A DNA stretch of 64,000 nucleotides, from sequence record NC_048046.1, one strand, 5' to 3'. This document shows positions 25,745-34,885 of the stretch, piece by piece; within the stretch, counting starts at the first letter, position 1; every line of letters begins with the position of its first letter. The position numbers and the translations under genes are program-made. The notes under the pieces are model-generated. The model did no database searches. It was not told where the DNA came from and saw nothing but the letters and a program-made list of their open reading frames with translations.

Positions 25745-26719
25745 ATGCCCGATTTTACCAACGACACCTACGTCTCGACGCCCAACGCAGATGAATTCCG
25801 CGAGGCGACCGCGACGCTCGTGGTGACCGACACGCCGTCCGACGCCTGGACGGCGGCCCACTCCATCATCGACAGCTTCGCGCCGGACGTGACGACGACC
25901 ACGCTCGAAGATGTGCCTGCCGTGCTGCGAGCAGAAGAGGCGGTCATCCCGCTGTCGCGAGGACATACTATCCTCATGGAGTCCACCTATGATCTCATGA
26001 AGGCCCGTGACGCGCTGCGCGTGGCCTTGGACGAATCTTCGGCCCGTATCAAGGTGCTCGAAGAGCAGCACAACGACCTCGTAGACAAGAATGCCCGTTA
26101 CAGTCATTCGCTACGCGCCACCTCGAAGGAGTTGAGCGAAGCGAAGGCTACGCTGGCGGAGCGGGACGCGGCCTACAATGCCGCAGTATTCGATGCCCGC
26201 GATGCCCGTTTCACCTTGGGTGCGCTGCGCCGTACGCTCACTCCCAAGGAAGTCGAGCAGTTCGAAGAAGGTCTGCGCCATCTCTACGTTGCGGAATCCA
26301 ACGAGCGTGACATCGAAGACGCCGAGAGCAACAACGCGGTCCTGCAAGCCGAGATGGCCAAGCAGCGTGCCGAGTTCACCGCCCGGTATAAGGTGACCAC
26401 CCAGCAGATCGACGCGCTCCTGACCACGATCGCCAATGCGGGCGTTTCGACGCCGTCTCTAATCACCGACGTTCACGCCCAGATCGGCATCATGCTGGAG
26501 GCCGGTAAGATCGAGGCCGACTTCCACCGCAACCGTAACGCGGTGGAGCGTAACAAGCAGACGATTTTCCGCTCCAAGCAGATCGCCGCCGAACATGCCC
26601 TCTCCGGCCGCGCCTTGATCTGCGCCGCCTTTGCTCGCTCGCCCGAGCTTCCCGCCGTGCCGAAGATGACGGTCGATGAGAAGCTGGCTCTCGCCAATCT
26701 CCAATCCATGGCCGACTAA
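25745..26719 (+). CDS. Coiled-coil protein (324 aa)
   Basis: Long heptad-rich helical region. Confidence 0.8.
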   Translation: MPDFTNDTYVSTPNADEFREATATLVVTDTPSDAWTAAHSIIDSFAPDVTTTTLEDVPAVLRAEEAVIPLSRGHTILMESTYDLMKARDALRVALDESSARIKVLEEQHNDLVDKNARYSHSLRATSKELSEAKATLAERDAAYNAAVFDARDARFTLGALRRTLTPKEVEQFEEGLRHLYVAESNERDIEDAESNNAVLQAEMAKQRAEFTARYKVTTQQIDALLTTIANAGVSTPSLITDVHAQIGIMLEAGKIEADFHRNRNAVERNKQTIFRSKQIAAEHALSGRALICAAFARSPELPAVPKMTVDEKLALANLQSMAD

Positions 26720-26720
26720 T

Positions 26721-27275
26721 ATGACCGACGTCCCCACCAAGCGCCCCATCACCGTCACCGTGTCGAGCGCCGAGCCCGGCGCCGGCAAGACCACGCTGAT
26801 CGCCCTGATCGGGCACGCGCTCCACAACACCGGCCACAGCGTGAAGGTGCCGCCGCAGAGCGCCGGCCCATTCCATGCCCACGCTCTCCAAGAACTGTTC
26901 GACGTGACGTTCTACGAGCAGGAAGCTCCCGTCATCACCAGCGCGCAATTCGAAACGGAACTCAGTCGGCGCGTGGAGGACATGCGCAAGACGTATGAAG
27001 CCAAGCTCGCCGAATTCCGCGCTGCCAATATCGAACTGCTCAAGCGTCAGCATGAGCAGAACCATGCCTTCGAAGCCGGCATCGTCAAGCGCACCGAAGA
27101 GATGCGACTGGCGTACGAGCAACGCTTCGAGGCGATGTCGGCCGAGATGCATGAACTGCGCCGCGCCACCTCGGCCGCGAACATCGATTCCCAGCAAGCG
27201 CGCAACGCCCTGGCCGAAGCGGCGATCATCATCACCGGGCTGCACCAAGACCTGCGCACCAAGAAGGAGGCCTGA
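26721..27275 (+). CDS. Protein with N-terminal P-loop-like motif and coiled coil (184 aa)
   Basis: AEPGAGKTT near the N-terminus. Confidence 0.75.
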   Translation: MTDVPTKRPITVTVSSAEPGAGKTTLIALIGHALHNTGHSVKVPPQSAGPFHAHALQELFDVTFYEQEAPVITSAQFETELSRRVEDMRKTYEAKLAEFRAANIELLKRQHEQNHAFEAGIVKRTEEMRLAYEQRFEAMSAEMHELRRATSAANIDSQQARNALAEAAIIITGLHQDLRTKKEA

Positions 27276-27278
27276 ACC

Positions 27279-27968
27279 ATGACCACCCCGGTCCCTACCG
27301 AATCCTTCGAGTCCGTCAAGGCGCTCATCAAGGATGTCACGAAGGAACTCGAAGAAGCCAACGCGCTTCTGCTGAAGAAGGCCAAGGCGATCGGCAAGGC
27401 CTCGATCGGCATCGAGACTGCCAAGAGCGAAGCCGCTCAACTGATCCATGCGGCCGAAGAAGCGGAGGTCGAAGCGCGGCAACAATTCCGCGCTCAGAAG
27501 GCTTATGCCGAGAAGATCGCGGCGCGCGTCGAGACTCTGCACGGCCTGATCAAGGGCAACCTGATCGACTCGCATCCCAGCAAGGTCGAAGCGATGCTAT
27601 GGCGTCAAGAACGCGGTGCCGGCATCAACCTGGGCCTGGATGGCTCGCGTGATTCGATCCAGGTCTTCCGCGAAGAGCGCTACATCGGCGAGGTCGTCCG
27701 CATCCGTCCTGATCGGCACAGCACGACCTACACCTTCGCGCCCTATCGCTGCATCGAAATGAAGGCGATCGGCCCGTTCGACACCGTGGCGGAAGCGCTG
27801 GACGCTGCCGTCAGCGTCACGCCCTATGAGCCTGATATGCACGACAATGCGGCCCTGGGCTCGGACGTCGGCTACGGCGCCGAAGGCGACAGCGTGCCCT
27901 TCGGCACCATCACCGAGGTGGCCGCGCGCCTGAACGCGCTGGACGCCGCGCGCACTCCGGAGGCCTAG
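27279..27968 (+). CDS. Hypothetical coiled-coil protein (229 aa)
   Basis: AAGGAGG RBS. Confidence 0.8.
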   Translation: MTTPVPTESFESVKALIKDVTKELEEANALLLKKAKAIGKASIGIETAKSEAAQLIHAAEEAEVEARQQFRAQKAYAEKIAARVETLHGLIKGNLIDSHPSKVEAMLWRQERGAGINLGLDGSRDSIQVFREERYIGEVVRIRPDRHSTTYTFAPYRCIEMKAIGPFDTVAEALDAAVSVTPYEPDMHDNAALGSDVGYGAEGDSVPFGTITEVAARLNALDAARTPEA

Positions 27969-27973
27969 ATTAC

Positions 27974-28417
27974 GTGGGGCGGCCGGCGCTGAATCGCTGT
28001 ACGCATTGTGAGCAGCCGCTGATCACGGGTAGTAATCGATCAGCGGCGCAAGAACGGCATCAAAGTAATTTGTGCATTTCTTGCGCCAACACGGCTCAGA
28101 AGCAGTGGCGAGCACGGCAGCCTCCTGAATGGCGATTGCTACGAGGAGCACAACGGCGTGCTAGGGAGAAGGGCATTCCCTTCAACTTGACGCTAGAAGA
28201 TTTGGAAATTCCGGAGGTTTGTCCAGCATTGGGTATTTCTCTGACCCCAGGCCAAGAGGCAAGTAGCGATACCTCGCCAAGTCTTGATCGTCTGAAGCCA
28301 GAATTGGGCTACGTACGCGGCAATGTTGCGATTATTTCGCATAAGGCCAATCGCATGAAGAACAACGCTACGCTGCCGGAGCTAGAAGCTCTTCTGGCTT
28401 GGTGGCGTGAGCAGTAG
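27974..28417 (+). CDS. HNH/His-Me-finger homing endonuclease-like protein (147 aa)
   Basis: CP.LG..L...SPSLDR..P..GYV.GNV.IIS.KAN.MK.N motif; N-terminal CxxC pairs; AT-richer codons than the neighbouring genes. Confidence 0.75.
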   Translation: MGRPALNRCTHCEQPLITGSNRSAAQERHQSNLCISCANTAQKQWRARQPPEWRLLRGAQRRAREKGIPFNLTLEDLEIPEVCPALGISLTPGQEASSDTSPSLDRLKPELGYVRGNVAIISHKANRMKNNATLPELEALLAWWREQ

Positions 28418-28428
28418 GAGCTAAGACC

Positions 28429-28956
28429 TTGTGTATTGTCAGCGCCGTCATGGACTACGGCGATCAACTCTGGCCGAAGCAGCACCCCTGGATGACTCCG
28501 ATCGTCCCGGACATTCCGCCTATCGAAGTCGCGCCGTCGAAGCCGATCACCCTGAAGGACTTCGCCAAGAAGGAGCAGGGTCGCCTGCCGACGGCTGAGG
28601 AAATCAAGGCGTTCAAGAAGCTGGTCGAGGCCGCTGAACGCTTCGACCAGATCGCCAACCAGCCGCACTGCGAGGACCCGGAGAAGATCAAGCTGCTCCA
28701 GCGCCTCGAAGAGCGCCTCGCTCGTATCGAAGGTGCGGTCGGTGTCGTCGATGAGCCCGCGCCGGCCGAAGTCAGTGCCGACACGCTCGCTTTCGCACGC
28801 GCGCTGTACGGCTACTTCACCAGCAGCGTGTCCGAGTACGTCGATCGCGATCACCTACAAACGCGCCTGGAGCAGAAGTATCCGACCGCCGACGTGGGTG
28901 AAGCCATCCGCCGCGCCGAAGCGGCGAAGGCCCTGCTGCATGGAGAAGCTCAATGA
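28429..28956 (+). CDS. Hypothetical protein (175 aa)
   Basis: AGGAG RBS; TTG start. Confidence 0.75.
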   Translation: MCIVSAVMDYGDQLWPKQHPWMTPIVPDIPPIEVAPSKPITLKDFAKKEQGRLPTAEEIKAFKKLVEAAERFDQIANQPHCEDPEKIKLLQRLEERLARIEGAVGVVDEPAPAEVSADTLAFARALYGYFTSSVSEYVDRDHLQTRLEQKYPTADVGEAIRRAEAAKALLHGEAQ

Positions 28957-29768
28957 CCTCGCGCGATATGATCAGCTACGCCTATCAGCCTGCGATGATC
29001 AAGCCGTATCTACTGGACGCCGTCTTCCGCCGAGTCCAATCGGGCGAGTCCTTTTCGCCTCTGGACCTGAGCAAGGCCTACCGTGACGCCGATACGGCCG
29101 CGATGCGCGAAGCCATTAAGGCGACGTGGGGCGAAGAAGCTACGCTCAAGGCGTACGAGAACGGCGCCTCACTCGCCGACATCAGCCGCATCATGCTGGC
29201 CCTGCGCCAATCGGGTGCGATCGTGCAGGACTTCACGGCCGCCAAGGGCCGCGTGCTCTGGAAGTTGGATATCTATCACGCGAATGTCCTGACGATCCAA
29301 AATCGTCTCGCACACGCGCGCGTGATGCTGGAAGCCACGCCGGCTGACGCGAAGATTCCGGCGCAGGACTTCAACGCCCTGGAGCCGCACGTCATCGCCC
29401 ATGCCGAGAAGTACGGCGTGATGGAGCCCTTCTCCTACGACACCGCGCGCACGCCGCAGGAGTCCTATTTCCGCGAGATCAACGCGACCCTGGCTCAGGT
29501 CGACGCGCCGCGCCGCCCGCGCGGGTTCTTCGGCCGCATCGCTTCCACGGTGAAGGACTACGTCGGCGAGACGATCGAGACGCTTACCTTCCGGCTGACC
29601 GGCAAGGCCGACCTGCCTGTCACCGAGATCATGAAGGCGTCGCCTGAAGACAAGCTGCGTTGGGCCAATCTGCATGCGCCGGGCGAGGACGTGCCGATCG
29701 AGAACCGCAAGAACTACTATCGCCCCAACCTGCGCCCGTCGATCATCCTACGCATCCCGGTCGGCTGA
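28953..29768 (+). CDS. Hypothetical protein (271 aa)
   Basis: ATGA overlap; typical codon usage. Confidence 0.8.
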   Translation: MTSRDMISYAYQPAMIKPYLLDAVFRRVQSGESFSPLDLSKAYRDADTAAMREAIKATWGEEATLKAYENGASLADISRIMLALRQSGAIVQDFTAAKGRVLWKLDIYHANVLTIQNRLAHARVMLEATPADAKIPAQDFNALEPHVIAHAEKYGVMEPFSYDTARTPQESYFREINATLAQVDAPRRPRGFFGRIASTVKDYVGETIETLTFRLTGKADLPVTEIMKASPEDKLRWANLHAPGEDVPIENRKNYYRPNLRPSIILRIPVG

Positions 29769-29992
29769 TGCGCCGGCCCACCCGAAGTGAGCAGGAGTGC
29801 GATGCATTCCGCGACCTGCTCACAAAGGGCTTCTACGTCGTCAACGCCGACGGCGAGGTCAACGCACCGGGCGAACTTGAAGCCGCCCTGGCCGCGACCA
29901 AGCTCTGGCGAGCCGAACTGTGGAAGGCCTTCCGCTCGCTGGATGATCAACTCAATCCGGTCAGGAAATTCGAAAGAACTGGTCAGCCATGA
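29768..29992 (+). CDS. Hypothetical protein (74 aa)
   Basis: TGATG coupling. Confidence 0.65.
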   Translation: MRRPTRSEQECDAFRDLLTKGFYVVNADGEVNAPGELEAALAATKLWRAELWKAFRSLDDQLNPVRKFERTGQP

Positions 29993-30285
29993 AGGTTCTA
30001 ACGGTATTCGTCGCCACGTACAACGAGCGAGCCCTTGAGAAGTTCAGGGCAGCCGGCGTACGTCCGCAGGGTAAGACCCTGGCGTTCTTTGAGGAGAGCG
30101 AGAAGACCGCGTCGATGTTCTTCCGCCTCTACACGCGTAACCTTTACGCGATCGAACTTAGCAAGAGCGAGTTCAGCCTGTACTCGCCCAACCCTACGCC
30201 GCCGTCTTCGCTGGGCTTCCTGGGCGACTTGGATGAGACCCAGAACCTCACCCTCAACATCGGCCGCGCCGACGGGAGCATCTGA
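29989..30285 (+). CDS. Hypothetical protein (98 aa)
   Basis: ATGA overlap. Confidence 0.7.
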   Translation: MKVLTVFVATYNERALEKFRAAGVRPQGKTLAFFEESEKTASMFFRLYTRNLYAIELSKSEFSLYSPNPTPPSSLGFLGDLDETQNLTLNIGRADGSI

Positions 30286-30482
30286 TGAACACGAACGGTC
30301 TCCAGCGCTTCACCCTGAGCCAGATGCTCAACCGTTCGCACGTGCTGGACAAGGCGCGGCTCGACCCGGTGCTGATCCAGGGCCACTACACCGACTTCGT
30401 CCTGATGTCGAAGGAGGAGTACGCGACCCTCGTCAAGAAGCCGTCGGTTCACGTGATCCCGGCGCTCGCCGGTAGCAAGTAG
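30285..30482 (+). CDS. Phd/YefM-like antitoxin (65 aa)
   Basis: A...PV.I......VLMS.EEY..L pattern characteristic of the Phd/YefM family. Confidence 0.6.
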   Translation: MNTNGLQRFTLSQMLNRSHVLDKARLDPVLIQGHYTDFVLMSKEEYATLVKKPSVHVIPALAGSK

Positions 30483-30490
30483 GAGGAGTC

Positions 30491-30793
30491 ATGTTTGCCG
30501 AAGACCACGACGACGTTCACGTCTCCGAGCACGCCGACTTCCGGGTCCGCAAGCGGATGGGCATCCCGCGCAAGGCCGTAGACCGCATGGTCACCAAGGC
30601 CCTCGCCGACGGCGCCAGTCACTCCGCCTTCAGCGGCTCGATGAAGCGCTACCTGGACCACGTCTACCTGAAGGAAGGCCGGGCCAACAACATGAAGGTC
30701 CACGCCGGCTACCTCTTCCTGTTCGCCGGCTCGACCCTGATCACCTGCTGGCCGCTGCCGCCCAAGTACCGAAATACGAAGCCCCGCGCATGA
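30491..30793 (+). CDS. Basic hypothetical protein, possible BECR/RelE-like nuclease fold (100 aa)
   Basis: S.HA..R..KR.GI motif and C-terminal TLITCW strand; AGGAGG RBS. Confidence 0.6.
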   Translation: MFAEDHDDVHVSEHADFRVRKRMGIPRKAVDRMVTKALADGASHSAFSGSMKRYLDHVYLKEGRANNMKVHAGYLFLFAGSTLITCWPLPPKYRNTKPRA

Positions 30794-31218
30794 CGACGAT
30801 CGCTTATCGAGATGGCATCCTGGCTGCTGACAGTCTGGTGACGAATGGCGGCGCCCGCGCCTCGCTGACCGCACGGAAGATTCGCCGCATCGGCAAGGCG
30901 CTGGTCGCCGGCTGTGGCTACATCGGCGAACTGGAAGCGTTCGTCGATTGGGTCGCCGGCGGCATGAAGGAGAAGGACCCGCTGCGCGGCGGCGAGACCT
31001 CCTGCATGCTGATCGTCAAGGGCCAGCCGCCCGTGATGTTCGGCTCGACCGGCCCCTGGCCCTTCACGTCCGATTACATGGCGATGGGCTCGGGCGAGGA
31101 CTTCGCCTTCGGCGCCATGCACGCAGGCGCGACCGCCGAGCAGGCCGTCGCCGCCGCGATCGCTCACGACGTCTATTCCGGCGGCCCGATCATCACCCTG
31201 AAGCTGCGAGATTCCTAA
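30790..31218 (+). CDS. HslV/proteasome-beta-like Ntn hydrolase (142 aa)
   Basis: N-terminal MTTIAYRDGILAADS nucleophile motif, AMGSG, and D.YSGG motifs. Confidence 0.75.
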   Translation: MTTIAYRDGILAADSLVTNGGARASLTARKIRRIGKALVAGCGYIGELEAFVDWVAGGMKEKDPLRGGETSCMLIVKGQPPVMFGSTGPWPFTSDYMAMGSGEDFAFGAMHAGATAEQAVAAAIAHDVYSGGPIITLKLRDS

Positions 31219-31463
31219 TGACCGTTCCGTGGGACCCCCGCGCCAAGCCGAAGGGCGTTGGCGATGAGCGAGAGTACGTCTCGTCGCGCGACTACATCTC
31301 CAAGTTCGAGCGCATGGACAAGAACCCTGAACCCGAGGGTACACCTGAGCGCGAGGATCAGATCGTCCGCATGGCCAAGCGGCTGCTGCCGGGCGCCCTG
31401 CGTAAGGCGTCGCGCGACCAAATCCTGACGCAGCACCGTCTGTTCATGTCGGGGGTCATGTGA
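31218..31463 (+). CDS. Hypothetical protein (81 aa)
   Basis: TAATG coupling. Confidence 0.65.
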   Translation: MTVPWDPRAKPKGVGDEREYVSSRDYISKFERMDKNPEPEGTPEREDQIVRMAKRLLPGALRKASRDQILTQHRLFMSGVM

Positions 31464-31921
31464 AGGTCCAATTTCTGACCGAGCAGGAACACCGGCTACG
31501 CCTGCGCGCGGCCCATCCTCGCTGGAAGACCCAGACCAAGACGCACGATCCCGAGAACGGCATCGAAGGCAACTGCACGCAGGCGGCATTCGCCTCGCTG
31601 CTGGGCTTGGAACTCGACGAGGTTCCGGACTTCAACACCCTGCACCAGGGAGACGAGAACGCCGGCGCCTTCTGGCATCACCTTCACACGTGGTGCCGTG
31701 AGCAGGGCTGGCATCTCCAGATGCGCCCGGCCAATCAAGTGCCGAATGTCCTTTACCTCGCGGACGGCCCGTCACCGCGCGGTGTCGGTCATTTCGTCAT
31801 CATGAAGGAAGGTGAAATCTACCACGATCCGCATCCTTCCCGCGCCGGCATCCTGGAGGTCAAGCACACCTGGATGCTGCTGCCGGTCGACCCGGCCGAA
31901 ATGAAGAAGGTCACCCGATGA
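31460..31921 (+). CDS. Papain-like (C39-type) peptidase-fold protein (153 aa)
   Basis: GNCTQAAFASLLG (Cys), GHFVI (His) and HDP (Asp) in the expected order. Confidence 0.6.
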   Translation: MKVQFLTEQEHRLRLRAAHPRWKTQTKTHDPENGIEGNCTQAAFASLLGLELDEVPDFNTLHQGDENAGAFWHHLHTWCREQGWHLQMRPANQVPNVLYLADGPSPRGVGHFVIMKEGEIYHDPHPSRAGILEVKHTWMLLPVDPAEMKKVTR

Positions 31922-32067
31922 ACGAAGACCTGCTGTTCTACAGCCTGTACGGCGCGACGATCGTTTTCATCGCGGTTCTACGGTTCGAGGCCTGGAAGTG
32001 GTGGAACCGCCCTAGGCGTGGTGCCCGCCTGACCGAAGATCAAGTCGATTCAGTCTTGGCGCGCTAG
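31918..32067 (+). CDS. Small membrane protein (49 aa)
   Basis: Read manually; one TM helix followed by a basic tail. Confidence 0.6.
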   Translation: MNEDLLFYSLYGATIVFIAVLRFEAWKWWNRPRRGARLTEDQVDSVLAR

Positions 32068-32069
32068 CG

Positions 32070-32405
32070 AGCGGGAAGATCGAGTCAATCGCGCATTGAC
32101 CAATCTTCCCGCCGCCGTCGGAGCCCGAAGGCTCCGAGATCGATGGGGTCAGGCTTCTCACCATTCCTGACCCTTCGCGTGTGCGCGAGGCTGCGCTGGG
32201 CACCATCGACAATGCCCACCCGTCATTCTTTCTACGTCGGGCGACCCCGACGGAGGCTTGTGCGAGTCCTCAATCCGCCCGTGTCCCGTGGGCTGACGTC
32301 GCATTTCATCTTCTAACGCCCCGGCTTGCGAGAGGGCGGGTGAAGTAGACGACGTGATCACCCCGTGCCCCGTTAGAAACGGGGGCGGAAGTGCGACGTC
32401 CACGG
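32070..32405. ncRNA. Candidate ~335-nt highly structured RNA
   Basis: At least 8 hairpins, a long-range helix and a possible pseudoknot; minus-strand TTGACA-N17-CTATAG promoter at 32411-32439; no credible ORF. Confidence 0.55.
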
Positions 32406-32471
32406 ACCGTCTATAGCCAAGCCCGCAGACGCCTGTCAACTCCTGGGTTCAAAATTTAATGACCACGCGGC

Positions 32472-32507
32472 GCCAGGATTATTGACACCCGGCGCCAGCA
32501 TGGTTAA
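32472..32507 (+). promoter_or_regulatory. GCCAG-N5-TTGACA promoter with CtrA half-site (ATGGTTAA)
   Basis: TTGACA at 32482-32487; reverse-strand TTAACCAT at 32500-32507. Confidence 0.6.
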
Positions 32508-32563
32508 CAGTTCCGTCGTTCCAGGCGCCAGCCATATTGGCGCCGCCCCGACGGAGCGAAGGC

Positions 32564-33754
32564 GTGACCGCCAACATCGACGATTATATCGAACAGCAGG
32601 AAGCGGCGATCGAGGCGCAGTTCGCCGGCCGCGACTTGCAGTTCGAGCACAACCGCGTCTGGATGACTTCCGGACAACTGGAGCGCGCCGCGCACCGCCT
32701 GACCATGAAGACCCGCGTTGGCGGCGCCACCCGCGACGAGAAGGCGCGCGGCATCTCCGATTACGGCACGGACGCCGCATGCGTCGCCGATGCGTACCTG
32801 AAGATCACGCGCGATGACCGCGACGCGATGAACCTGATCCGCCGCGCGGCGGGCAATATTGATGCACTCGAAAAGCGTCTGGAAGATCAGCTTGGACAGC
32901 TTGAAACCCGCCCGCGCGTCGACCTGACCAAGCTGAAGATGCTGCCGACGATCCAACTCGCGTCCGGCCGCTACTTCGACTTCGTCAACCCGGACAGCAC
33001 GCCGCTGGAGATCGACGATCTCGCCGCCGGCCTGTCGCGCATCTGCCGCTATACCGGTCAACTCGCGATCGACGAGGACGAGGTCTACACCGTCGCCCAG
33101 CACAGCGTCCTGGCGAGCGAGAACTGCGGCCCTGACTGCGACCCGTACGAAGCCCTGCTTCACGATCGGGCCGAGAGCGTGATGAACGACATGGCCTCGC
33201 CGCTGAAGCAGCTTCTCCCCGACTACAAGGAGATCGAGGATCGCGTCGAGACGTCGACCGGCCAATACTACGGCGTCGAGCATCCGATGTCCGCCGGCTG
33301 CAAGGCGATCGACATCCGCATGCTCGCCACCGAGAAGCGCGATCTGATGCCGCACGTCGAGGGCGACACGGCCTGGGCCGGCATCGAGAACATCGAGCCG
33401 TTGCCGTTCAAGATCACGCCGTGGTCGCCGTCGGAAGCGCGTCATCGTTTCCTGCACCGCTTCTACTGGCTGACTGAGGGTCGCCTGCCCAAGCCTGAAG
33501 ACCGCTACGCTCGCCCGCACGAGAACGCGCCGAAGGACTATATCGAGGCACTGGAAAAGGCGTGGGGCTTCTATCCTTTCCGTGCGCCGCATGAGCGTCG
33601 TGGTTCTTTCACCATCACGCCTGATCGCTGGCCCTGGCAGAGCTATCAGGGCCTACCGACTTTGCCTCCGGATTACGGACTGAAGGAACAGGTCCGCCCG
33701 ATCGGCGACACTCAGGATGTCGGCTCTGTCCTTCGTCCGGATGCTGCCGCATGA
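32564..33754 (+). CDS. HD-domain (YfbR-like) nucleotide phosphohydrolase with N-terminal extension (about 396 aa)
   Basis: L....LSRICRY.G, TVAQHSVL, ALLHD.AE...NDM.SPLK and D..ML.TEKRDL motifs. Confidence 0.8.
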   Translation: MTANIDDYIEQQEAAIEAQFAGRDLQFEHNRVWMTSGQLERAAHRLTMKTRVGGATRDEKARGISDYGTDAACVADAYLKITRDDRDAMNLIRRAAGNIDALEKRLEDQLGQLETRPRVDLTKLKMLPTIQLASGRYFDFVNPDSTPLEIDDLAAGLSRICRYTGQLAIDEDEVYTVAQHSVLASENCGPDCDPYEALLHDRAESVMNDMASPLKQLLPDYKEIEDRVETSTGQYYGVEHPMSAGCKAIDIRMLATEKRDLMPHVEGDTAWAGIENIEPLPFKITPWSPSEARHRFLHRFYWLTEGRLPKPEDRYARPHENAPKDYIEALEKAWGFYPFRAPHERRGSFTITPDRWPWQSYQGLPTLPPDYGLKEQVRPIGDTQDVGSVLRPDAAA

Positions 33755-34107
33755 CCGCGCCCTACACCAGTGGCCGTCTGAGCATGAGCTTCACGGCGGA
33801 AGACGGCCGCGTCATCAATTTGAGTGACGTCCATTTGGAAACGACTGGCTACGTCTCGCAAACCCAGCGCCCGGCATTCGGCGACGTCGCCAAGACGATC
33901 GACATGACCTTCACGGCTCACATGGTCGTCGATCCGGCCTGGAAGCGCGAATTCCTCTGGGCGTCTCACAACCTGATCGCCCACCCCATCTCCGAGATCA
34001 CGCATTGGCTGGCCTACATCCCCGGCCTCCGTTTCCTGCGTGCTCTCGGCCTGAAGCTTCACGACATCACGGTTCCGCGCCACGCGCCCGGCACCGGCCG
34101 AGGATAA
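33751..34107 (+). CDS. Hypothetical protein (118 aa)
   Basis: ATGA overlap. Confidence 0.75.
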   Translation: MTAPYTSGRLSMSFTAEDGRVINLSDVHLETTGYVSQTQRPAFGDVAKTIDMTFTAHMVVDPAWKREFLWASHNLIAHPISEITHWLAYIPGLRFLRALGLKLHDITVPRHAPGTGRG

Positions 34108-34110
34108 GAA

Positions 34111-34407
34111 ATGCTGAGTGCCAAGGAAGCCATGACGCTGATGCCGAGCAGCGATCCCAATCCCTATCTGGATGCGATCGAGCAGCGCATTCGTGAAGCC
34201 GCCGCCGCCGGCCACGGCAAGGTGATGATCCACAGCGTGCTGCCGGTGGCCCTGGCGGGTGCGTGGTGCTGCGGTCGTCCCGGCCCGCTCGCCAAGAAGA
34301 TCGAAGATGCGCTGAAGAAGGTCGGCTACCAGCTTGCCTACGACAGCGGCGGTCATCACGGCCCTGGCTTCGTCGGCATCATGTGGGCCGCCGAAGAGGA
34401 GAAGTAG
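34111..34407 (+). CDS. Hypothetical protein (98 aa)
   Basis: Operonic. Confidence 0.75.
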   Translation: MLSAKEAMTLMPSSDPNPYLDAIEQRIREAAAAGHGKVMIHSVLPVALAGAWCCGRPGPLAKKIEDALKKVGYQLAYDSGGHHGPGFVGIMWAAEEEK

Positions 34408-34408
34408 G

Positions 34409-34885
34409 ATGGCCTACGGCTACTGCCCTAACTGTGGCGGCATGGTGGTCAGCCGCACGCGTGGCGGCCCGAACGCCAAGGACACGTGCATCAACGGGCA
34501 CGTCAATCCTTCACGCATGTCGCTGGCGTCGCCACCGAAGGCGAGTGCCGAAACGCTGTCGCCGGCGCAGTGGACGCAAGGTCTGCAAGCCCTGGTTCCG
34601 GACATGTTCCTCGGCCCGCTCGCCATCGCCGTCTCCTCGCAACACGAGGCCGACGCTCTGCGCGACATGCTGAACGGCGCCAAGGGTCCGAACGACCAGG
34701 GTATCATGGTGATCCCGTTCGGCGGCTCGGTCCTCTCGTTCTCGCCCGGCGGCACCGCGCTGCTGCGCGGCTACGTCTCCATCCCGCCGAACGGCGGCCC
34801 GATCACTCGCCAAGCCTTCGAGGCCTGGATCGAGAAGGCGATCGCGCCGTACCTCGCGCCCAACGCTTCCCGGCTGGTCCTGTGA
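34409..34885 (+). CDS. Zinc-ribbon protein (158 aa)
   Basis: CPNCGG...C.NGH at the N-terminus. Confidence 0.75.
   Translation: MAYGYCPNCGGMVVSRTRGGPNAKDTCINGHVNPSRMSLASPPKASAETLSPAQWTQGLQALVPDMFLGPLAIAVSSQHEADALRDMLNGAKGPNDQGIMVIPFGGSVLSFSPGGTALLRGYVSIPPNGGPITRQAFEAWIEKAIAPYLAPNASRLVL

Noticed and set aside
26721-27275. Functional ATPase/kinase or small terminase
   Set aside because: Only a Walker A-like motif; no Walker B or full fold is evident before the coiled coil.
32564-33754. DatZ of a 2-aminoadenine (Z) genome system
   Set aside because: No purZ or mazZ was seen in the window, and YfbR-like HD proteins are common in phages without Z.
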